Origin: Auanema rhodensis
Taxonomy: Eukaryota; Animalia; Nematoda
Direction: 5' to 3'
NCBI GenBank assembly: GCA_964057225.1
Contig: OZ059896.1
Location: 6,262,001 to 6,326,000, forward strand
DNA length: 64,000 bases
Within the stretch, counting starts at the first letter, position 1. Each line of letters starts with the position of its first letter. Below the pieces are notes generated by a model. The model was given only the letters and a program-made list of their open reading frames with translations, did not search any database and had not been told where the DNA came from. The translations under genes were made by a program, and so were the position numbers. Shown here in pieces: positions 15,777-25,924 of the stretch.

Positions 15777-17939
15777 GTCAGTAAGTGGTTTATATGACAT
15801 TCTCTCTCATTTCAACATTTAGTGTCAATTGACTTGCTCTTCTGTGCTAGAATCGGAAAAATGAATCAAAAAGGACCTTTCTTCCTCTTTTAAATAAATA
15901 AATTATCCGGTTTTTCCTGAATTTCATTGATTTTAGATAAATGTAATTTCTTAAATGCTATTACTATTCTATCATAGGTACAAGTTTGTATTTTAATAGT
16001 AAAGAAAACAAAATTTTCTATTTATTTTGAAAGCCTAAGCAAAACAAATACTAAGAATTTCTTCAGTTTCACAAGCTTCAACAGTGCCAGTTTTAAAACA
16101 CAGGAGAGATATTGTTCAGATAGCTTGAAGTAATCATATTGTTGACTTACTTATGAGATCAAATTGTAGAACAAGAAGCAACAGGCAAATAGATTCATAA
16201 AATAAATTCATCTCATATACATAATTCAGAAAACAAATAGATGTTTAATAATGAGTAGATACTATATCAGTAAGATCTAGGAATAGGAATAAGTAGATTT
16301 TCAGGAGCTTTAACAATAACAAAGCGAAAACAAATTTAATAGATTTCTACAATTGAATATAGAATTCTTTCCTGCGAATATAACTAGGTGCTCCTGAGAT
16401 CGTCTATTAATCTCAAACCTATGTTGGAATATGAACCTTCCTTGGCCTGCTTGCCCGTGTTGTTGCAGACCGGTGACCGTTTTTTGGGACTTTGGAAGGC
16501 GTGGCTAAACAGCATTCCTAGCTCCGCCTCTTACCGGACGACCGGCCTAGATCTCCAACAACGGTCTCGTAATCATGAAAGATTGCCAGCGGCAATGTGC
16601 TCAAAAACCGGACAACGATGTACGTGTAATCCGCTATTTCACTCTCCCTCTTTCTTTTGCTTTGGCTGCGTCTATGTCTGTCTCTTTCTCTTCATTGATA
16701 TAACTTATTCTCTCATGCTCCTTTTTTAAAAAGACACAAAGCTCTGGTTCTAATCATTTTTTTCCGGTTTTTCTGGAGGAGTTTTCATTTGTGAAGGTTC
16801 TTAACCTTTAAACTCAAACTATTTGACTAAAACTGGTTGAAAAAAATAGAAAAAGTGCTAGAATTTCGTTTTAAATAGAAGGGCTGAAACCCACTTGAGA
16901 TTCAAATGACGTTATCATACATTCGGTGTAGCTGGAGCACTTGAATACTTAGATGGCTGATCATTGGTCAGCATGAAGACGAATGAAAGAGTAAGAGACT
17001 CCTGTTTCAACAACATAATATTTGAAACATAATATTCTTATTTATCATAACTTAATATATCTTAATGTAATCAAATTCACTTTTATATTGTCTATAATTT
17101 CAGATATACAATGTACAAAATACAGGCTATCCTAGACAAAAACATTCCTGACTTGCTAGAAAAGTAAATCAAGTCTAATTATATATAGAGAACGCCGCTT
17201 TTTTTGCAATTAAGGTGTCATATCTAACCAAGCTAAGCTGAAGCAAAAACACGGTCGGACCCTCAGGAACCAGCAACGAAAAATAGTGTGGACACTCTCC
17301 GCTATTTAAGACATTTATCTAAGAAAACGATAGAAGGCGACTCATCCTTGTCAAACAAATACCTGAAAAACGTTGCCGACAGAGCAATTTGGTCATCTCC
17401 CGAAACTTGAAACCGGCAACTAGACCGGTTGACGATTCAGCGCCATACAGGGTGCTGCGAGAGCAAGAGCAGACTGTCCCTGAGAAGCATGCTTCATTCC
17501 CTTTCAATTTTACAATTATTTCTTTTGTTCTTATTCAGCTTTTAAAAGTGGAGTGAATAATAGAAAAAACGATAGTAGGTAGAAACAAAGAACGAACAAA
17601 AATATCGAATAGCAGAGCCAAAGGGAATTCATTATTGGAGCACATCTCCCTTGTTTTAATCAACAGGATAAAAAATATTTTTAATATAGTGAAAACGATA
17701 TACAACCAAAACTTGCACTAAACTTTTTCAGAATTTCAAAAACTATTTGTCTACAAGAAAGTGTTTTAAATACTTGTCTACAATACGTATTTAAGCCGCG
17801 TATATGTTTTTTATCAGACGATCAAATATTTTAAAGATTTAACATTTTTAGAAAAGAATACCCTTCGAAACTTGGAAATTTTCAGCAGAGGTAGTAAACC
17901 ATTACTGTTTGGAAGTCATATAATTAAAGTTTAGTCAAA

Positions 17940-19268
17940 ATGGTGAGCTAAAATTATTCATTCAAACATGTTCCAACTGTTCAGGCAACCTTATCGTGCA
18001 AGATTGATACAGCTCATAGGGATATTATTGTAAGTTCATTTTCTACACTTTTTAATTTATATATTTTATTATTATCTCTAGCATGATGCTCAAATGAACT
18101 TTTACGGCAATCGTTTGGCTACTTGCTCCAGTGATAGAGTTATCAAAGTTTTTGAAGTATGCATACACATATTGAGACATGGGCAACTATTAAACATAGG
18201 TTAAATCTAACGGACAAACTTTTCCTCAAGCTGAACTAACTGGTCATACCGGTCCTGTTTGGCAATTATCTTGGGCTCACCCTAAGTTTGGAGGCATTTT
18301 GGCATCAGCTGGATATGATAAGTAACCTGAAGAAGCATAAAATCTGCTTCATTGAACTTGAATCTTCCAGGAAGGTTATTATCTGGACAGAGGCATCATT
18401 CGGACGTTATCAAAAATCATTCGAATGGACTGGTCACGAAGTTGTTAAAATAGTTAATTTTTTATGATATTCATAAATATTCTAGACAAGTGTAAACAGT
18501 GTTAGTTTTGCTCCTTATAAACTAGGACTTATTTTGGCTAGTGCTTCATCTGATTCATCAATCGGTGTTCTTACTTTTAACCAAACTACTTCACAGTGGA
18601 ATGATTTCAAAATTTTGAAAGCACATGAACAGGTAGCTAGTTTTTTATTTATTTTAAGTATAATATTAAAGGGTGTTAATTCTGTGTCTTGGGCTCCTGC
18701 TCTTCACTCTTCTCCACACAGTACCGCTGATCAACCTCTTCCTAAAAGATTTGTTAGTTGTGGAAATGATAAATTACTGAAGATTTGGAGGTTTCTAATA
18801 ATTTTTTTTGTAAAATAATATCCCATTTCAAGAGAAGAAGATGGAGAATGGAAATGCGAAAAAACTTTAGAAGCTCATAGTGATTTTGTTAAAGACGTTG
18901 CTTGGTGTCCTGTTGCTAACAATACCACTCATACTATTGTTAGCTGCGGACAGGTAACAGTTTTAAAAAGGTTTCTAGAGCTAGCTACTATTCTCTCTAG
19001 GATCGCAATATTTACTTATGGCGTTGTGCTGATATTTCTCAGGGAGATTGGACACCAAAACTAATTGAAAAAGCTGAAGGTGCCTTGTGGCATGTTAGTT
19101 GGTCCCTCTGTGGAACAATGCTTTCCGTTAGTGGAGAAGATAATAAGGTTAGTTCTTTTTGGCAATATCGTCTTATCAGTGATTTTTTAGGTTGTATTAT
19201 GGAAAGAGAATTTACAAGGTCAATGGATGCGAATTGAAGAAGAACAAGAAAAAAAAACTAGAAACTAA
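17940..19268 (+). CDS. npp-20: SEC13 WD40 protein (COPII coat, nucleoporin, GATOR2); multi-exon
   Basis: ATG|gtgag at 17940, then [90 protein letters not shown] at 19266-19268. Confidence 0.93.
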
Positions 19269-19410
19269 AACTGCTCGATCAGTGCAGTTTCAGTCGATGT
19301 TTCGGTTGTTAATTTGGTTGTACTCCACAAATCCATGGGAAGGTTATGTCATTTTTTCTTACTTTGTTTCAAAGGTGTGAGATCATAATTTATTCAAACA
19401 CTAAATCCTA

Positions 19411-20301
19411 TTAAACGTTTTTCTTATATACTTCACTCATAATCTTGTTCTCTAATCGTTGCAATTTACCACTCGTCATTGTTTTATGAAGAACTTCGTA
19501 CCAGTCTCTAAATTATTTCGATTTAACAAGTAGAAAAAAAAAACAACCTGCAAAAAGGAACATCAAGCTGCTTGAGTTGAAGAGTTATATTAATGCAAGC
19601 AATAGCTAATGATTCGGCGGATGTGTTCAAAACAATATCAGGGACAATGTAGATGTCTCTACATATAGCAGTTGCTGTTTGAGCTATTTGTTGATTTTCA
19701 AATTGATCGGGCATCCAACTTCTCAATTGATCCAAAAAAACAGCAAGAACCTAAAAAATATGAGTGTAAACTCAACAATAATTATGTCTTACTTTGAACG
19801 GATGTTCAAATTCCAAATGGAAGTTCAATTCTCTGAGCAATACGAATTCCAGGCGAGCAATACCTTGTCTTATATTCCATTGTAGGCTTCCAACTGACAT
19901 TCGGTCTTTGTCAAGATGAAGAATTCTGAAAGGAAAATAGATTATTCAAATGAGTGGTTCTATGAGATGAAACCTGTACGTAGCATTTACAATATCCCTA
20001 ATACCAATAGTATTATCTTCTTCATATTTAGTGGCTAACATTAAAGCAGCGGCAGCTAAGGTCTAACATTTTCAAAAAGTGTTTATATAAAATCTATAAC
20101 TGACATAATTACAAGCAGTTTCCATAATCGATCGATCATACAGCCTATGCATTATGATTATAGCAGTACATATTGTTCTATTTTGAGCCTCTAATCGGGC
20201 GCCTAAACGATATTTTTCATAAATAACTTCATAAGATGGTTACCTGCTCTTATTATGAATTCATTAATAGTTCTGGATTCTAACTTCGTTACAGTGGACA
20301 T
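19411..20301 (-). CDS. Transcriptional-type cyclin, most like cyclin Q/M (FAM58A); multi-exon
   Basis: FIIRAG-ARLEAQNRTICTAIIIMHR, AAAALMLATKYEE...IRDIVN, IARLEFVLLRELNFHLEFEHPFK, LAIACINITL, and WYEVLH near the end. It is a short two-cyclin-box protein without the long tails of cyclins K, L and T. Confidence 0.78.
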
Positions 20302-20467
20302 AATAACTAGAATATTTAGAGAATAGGGATTAGCATTAAAGCATAGAATATGTATATATGAGCTAGTTGAGTAAAACATACTGTACAAAAAAAGAAGAAG
20401 TATGATTGAGAAAAGGTTTATACACAATACACAGAATCGATATTATTATATAAATTATTGTAAAACA

Positions 20468-22342
20468 CTATAAACTAATTAACCGTAATATATCTGTTGG
20501 TTCTGGTGAATAAAACCCGAGAGGTCTCATTGGATTATCTAATGGTACTCTATATTCCTTTCTATCTAGTTCAAGCTGAGTATTAAGAGGATCTACAGAA
20601 AATTGTTTACTGAGCTGAAAAGAATGTGTAAGCAGAAATGATAAAATATAAAAAAGTTACTAAATCTATTAAACGATGTATTGTAATAGTCAGAGGTAAC
20701 TTCTTTTCAAGGCTCCTGTCCTCGAACATTATCGTAATTTTTACAATATCCAGACATTTTCTTAAACCTTCAACAGCCGGTGGTCCATGAACCTACATTA
20801 CGGATAATTATGCTTACGAGATGTACTTACCTTTATTAAACGATCAACATCATTTTTATGGGCAAGAAGACTTTCAGGAGGCAAACTGAAGTACTTGCCT
20901 AAGAATCTGATTTCTGCCGACCGTCTTTCGATAGGGCTAATATCAAACCGATTTAAATCTAGCAACCCTGATAGTTTAGCAATAATAACCTTAATAATAC
21001 AGATATAAGGAATATAAATGAGAGAGCTACCTCATGTACAGCAATTCCAGGAACACTTGTAAAGTTTTTACTATCTATGTACAAAACTGATAATTTAGGA
21101 AGATATTGCAAATTTTGAATGGATTCCCACTGAAATATTGATAAAATGTAAATGAAAACTGATAAAAACTAACATTAACAATATTGTTTTCCTTGATACT
21201 CAAGTTTGCCAACACCGGAAAACGACAATTTTCCGATAATTCAACTTTCTCAATTAAACAATTCGTAAGACTAAGCTTACTCAGATTAGGAAAAACACCC
21301 TTTAAATTACTAAAACATTTAAGAGGATTCCCTTCTAGATCTAAATAAGTTAGTCGTTCTGACACACATGCATGAAGCGTCACAGAGGTCAAATTATTAC
21401 GCAGAGCATGAAGATGGGTTATAGAACTAAGATAGGCTAAAATATTGGAGATCTAAAAAAAGAATATAAAAGAAGAAAGTAATTAAGCAAACCGTTTCAT
21501 CTGATATTTCACATTCACTCAAGACCAGATTGACTAAAGCACTCGATACGGGCCAGGTGGTCCCGTTAAACCCAAGAAGTTGATCCATCCGATTTCTCCT
21601 GTATTTCTATACATCAATTATACCATTATAGTTAAATAAACCTTAATACAAGTTCAGTGAGCGAAGGAAAAAAAGATAATATTTCTTTAATATCTTCCCA
21701 CTTATGCAACAAATTACCATACAAGTTTAACTCCCTAGAAATGATTGCTATGTTTGAATGCAGCAGAGTAAATAATTTTTTTCAATCTCATACCTACACA
21801 ATTGGAATGTCTGAGTTCCAGGTGGAGGAGGCCGGCTAACACTTTGATCATCCAAAACAATATTTATCAACGAAAAAATATCACTAAAACTTATGTTGCA
21901 GTATTATATTCAGTGTTATTACCTTTGTTTTTCAGAGGTTTTTTTCATACCAACTAATTCGACAACTCTTGTTGAAAACATTTCACTATTATCATCAATG
22001 CTCGCTTTATATCTAATGATCAGAAATAGTAAAAGTGGAGTGCAGCTTTATTTTACCTTTTACTTATAGCTGTTAAAAGATCATCACCAAAATTAATTGT
22101 TGATGAGCGAACAAAAGAACCATTTTTTGGAAAGCTACAATAGCACAGATGTGATAAATATGAATTACTTCAAACCTTGTTGTGAAATATGTTTTTCCCT
22201 TGACTGTTCCATTATGCTTTCCACCTTCGGGATCATCCCATTCGATGCCAACCCATTCGTTCTCAAACCCTTCTACTGCTCCTATGTAACGAATGGTTCC
22301 CGTTCGTGAACCACACACAGTAACTCTTGCTCCAACTTCCAT
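20468..22342 (-). CDS. tbce-1: Tubulin-specific chaperone E (CAP-Gly, LRR and ubiquitin-like domains); multi-exon
   Basis: TTCAG|ATG at 22342. CAP-Gly GTIRYIG...WVGIEWDDPEGGKHNGTVKGKTYF; LRRs (ELNLYGNLL, YLDLEGNPL, LSLTNCLI); IIAKLSGLLDLNRFDISPIERRSAEIRF; C-terminal LDNPMRPLGFYS. TAG at 20468-20470. Confidence 0.9.
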
Positions 22343-22815
22343 CTGAATTCAGTTTCATAAACGTATTTAATTGTTTCAGGTATTCAGCAAGTATCAACTG
22401 TACTACTTCATATGATAATTCAATTAACAAAAAAAAACCTTTAAACCCTTTTATACACACATCTATTATACACTGTAATTTCTACAAATTGTTATTTCCT
22501 CAGATATAAATTATGAAGACTAGAAGGTATTATGAATATGATTAGAAATATTAAAATTCAATATAAAAATTCAATCTTAGAATATAATGGATTAAAATAA
22601 AGAACTAATGTTTTTGACGCTATTATGAATATAAAACTGCATTATGAATTGCACACTATAAAAAAAAATTGCGATAAACCCGATAGACCAAGTGAAATAC
22701 TGGTTAAATGATATGAATTTAAAAATTAGAAGAAAAACTAAAATATGAAATATGGAGCTATATATGAAAATACTCCACTTTGGTATAAATAATTAAACTT
22801 TACATGCATCGTAAA

Positions 22816-24668
22816 TTAGGTAGCTATAATTTCCTTAGCATCCACTCCACTCAAGACTAAAAATACAAAAAACAGTAGCATGGTCCCGATAAGATCACCT
22901 AAAGCTGTTAAATAAGGTATAGCAGCATTATCAGGATCAATAGAATTTCGCCACATATATGGAACGATGTATTGACAAACATATAAAATAATGACAACCT
23001 GAAAAAAATACTTCAAGAATATTTCTTAAAAAAACACAAACTTGAGTTAAGGCGGCACACAAGTAAAAACTTGTGAACAGTGCACCATGAGGTGGTACGC
23101 CAGATCCAACATGAAGTAAGCGTATAAACCAATTAAAAACTATATGACCTGGCACAACTAAGAAGAGTAGCACTCTAGCAGATCTCGAATCCCAATCTTA
23201 AAAAAAAAACTTAAAAGAGCCGTAGGAAAAAAAAACCTTTGCTAAAAAATGCACGTGATATACTAGTAAAACGAGAGACAGTCCATTCATTTGGTAAAGA
23301 TCCAGGAGCTCCTGACTGGTGGAAAAACGTTGAAAGTCTACTAGCTTGAACAGCAGCCAAATTTCCGCCCACTCCTGAATACAAGAGTTTACAAAAAAAC
23401 ATCAACAGAATATACCATTAATGACAGGCTGGAAAATAGCAATAGAAGGAAATTGACGAATAGCATTCTCAAGAATAAATCCTCCTCCACTACTAATCAG
23501 CATTGAGAAGATTACAGGAGACCATCCACTGTTTAAAACCTGTGTGTTGCATGCAGCGAATGAGAGATGGACTATAAACTTACTTCAGTGGTACCCGGAT
23601 CTGTTAACGCAACTTTAGCCCATACTGGAGTTAATAAAACAAATAAAAGAATTATGCTGACGTTTAGCCAAGATTCAGTCTCGTGAGCTTTTAAAAACAG
23701 TGTTCCATACATCGATAGTACACCGAGGGTAGTTAGATCGCCTAAGAATAACATGTTAAACTAGATGTAATAAAATAATTAAATTACCAAAAGAAGCAGC
23801 TATAGGAGTAGCAACATTATCGGGGTTTATATTGTAAGAACGTGAACATAGAACGATACCAGACATTAACAAACTAAGAATCAGAGAGGCACTACACGCT
23901 GTTGCCAACGAGGAAGCACACAAGAGAGCGGCATGTGCCCAATCGAGCTGTAGATACATATTTAAAACAAAGGAGTCTAATATGATAGTTCCAACCTCTC
24001 CTCTCGGTATCCATGCAAAAGCAATAGCTATTGCAGATGCTAAAAAAGCTACTACGGCAGCTTGAACTTGAATAAGAGCTAAGTTGGCAGTGATAACAGA
24101 TTTTCGTTGTAATGGGGAATCCAAATATCCAAGATTAGACTTCAAAATATATAATAGACTATGAAAAATTGTTTAATTTACCATGGTTGATAATCTGCTA
24201 GCAAAGGTCATCTCCAAATTACCCTTCAATCCCAATAATGCAGGAACAAGAATAAATATTTCCGGAACTTCTTTGTATAATCGCCAATTTTGTACCATAT
24301 CCAATACAACACCAGCCAACACCATTCCTATTCCGGCAATTGCAAATGGAAAGACAACCTTAGAAATTTTAAAGGTAAAGTTTCACAAATAATGCCACCT
24401 GAATGAAAAGAACATAACTGTTCTCTACTGGAGCAACAGAAATATCAACCAAATCATTATCGGGTAGTCTTCGGGAAGCCATTTTAAGAACAGCATTTTC
24501 TCCACTAAATGACTCAGTAAAATACTAATTTTAAAAAAAAGGAAACATTGTTATTCCTGTTGTATTTGAATCGTCAGGTACGCAAGCTGTCATTTTACTA
24601 AGCTGTTCTATTCCTTGTTGTATAGTTTCTTCTGCATCATTATTCGAGTCGCCCCCAGAACTCAGCAT
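22816..24668 (-). CDS. SLC41A (MgtE-like) magnesium transporter; multi-exon
   Basis: [57 protein letters not shown] and [20 protein letters not shown] are the two MgtE repeats of SLC41. TTTAG|ATG at 24668. Confidence 0.92.
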
Positions 24669-24880
24669 CTAAACATTGATTGCTGTTATGAATGCAGCCA
24701 ACAAAACAAATAATGAATTGATACTAAACAAATCAAGCTGATAAATTGAAACGTAAATTAAAAATTTATTAAAATATTCGAAATTCGACATTCCAAATTT
24801 TCAGGTGGAAATAAAAATTGACTATAAAACAAGCAAACAACAGAGAATCTTGCGGCTATGAGACCTTAGGTTCAACAATT

Positions 24881-25567
24881 TCATTGTCTATTCTTTTTCT
24901 TTTCTTCGTTACTTTTAGAATTGAAAAAGGACTCCTTGTCGGCTGGTTCAATATTGTTTTCCTTTGCAAATTGAATCAAACATCGTTTCATAGCAAAAGC
25001 ATCTTCGCCATCAGCATAGTATCTGAAGTACATATTTTTCAGTATAATGTAAATTAATACGATACTTGGATTCCACATCGCTAACAGAGAATCTTAGTGA
25101 ATTCTGATATAGGTTAAGAGCCGCGCGATTACTAACGCGTACATGCAAAGACACATATCTCGCATTGAATGTTTCAACCATAGCTCTAGCAGTTTGATCC
25201 ATCAATTTTTGTGCTAATCCTATAATTATAATTTTTATGTTTATCATTGTATATATTTTTGCATTCACCTAATCTTCTATAAGAGCGTTTTACAGCCAAA
25301 GATGTAATGTGACCATGAGGCTCTTCTTCTGGATCTTCCTCCATTTTGGCCAGAACATATCCAACAATGTTGCCCTAGAAGGATGTTTTGCAAACAAAAT
25401 AATGAAAAGGAAAGAAACACCTTATGGTCTTCTGCAACATAAGTCAATTGTGGCCAAGACAAGGCATGATAGAAATAATATTTCATTTGATAGTTTTCAG
25501 GGAGACACATGAGGTTCGCATGTTGAATATTCATTAAGTCTTCAGGTCTAGCACAACGTATGTTCAT
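24881..25567 (-). CDS. daf-31: N-alpha-acetyltransferase 10 (NatA catalytic subunit, ARD1); 4 exons
   Basis: [92 protein letters not shown]. Confidence 0.96.
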
Positions 25568-25924
25568 CTTGATTTCTGAATGTATACTCGAATTGTCCCA
25601 TCAATTAAAAAATAGTTAAGCCATACATAAACTTAGAAAAGTTAAAATCTACAGCTTTAGTTGTAAATTGGCGTTGGAAGCAAAATACATGTTCCCACCT
25701 TTCTTTAACTGCTTGGCAGCCCATTTCCCGTAGTAGTTATTCCTGGAAAGGTCACTCAAGCAGACCTAAAAATTTGAATTTGATATTATTATATTTTGGG
25801 TTGTTACTTATTATGCTTATATTTCTCGATTTTTACTAAATTATGCTAATTGGAATATTTTTATTAAACGAAAAATGATGCATTAAGTAGTAAAATTTGT
25901 TTGAATTTCAGTATTTAATCAAAT

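Larger units (their letters stand above)
19411..25567 (-). other. Probable four-gene nematode operon: daf-31 > SLC41 > tbce-1 > cyclin-Q-like
   Basis: All four are on the same strand with stop-to-ATG gaps of about 210, 470 and 170 bp. Unpaired acceptors sit directly at downstream ATGs (GTTTAG|ATG 24668, ATTCAG|ATG 22342), and there is an AATAAA plus U-rich sequence in the daf-31/SLC41 gap. SL2 trans-splicing cannot be seen in DNA. Confidence 0.65.

Noticed and set aside
16031-16040. AAGCCTAAGC telomere-repeat or telomerase-template-like word
   Set aside because: Under two repeat units, AT-rich flanks and no supporting RNA structure; a chance match is plausible in 64 kb.
16388-16729. 113-aa ORF or RNase P/MRP-like RNA in the GC-rich island
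   Set aside because: No domain similarity recognised, and the AAAGTCCC word lacks a matching P4 partner. The CCGG motif cluster explains the GC content.
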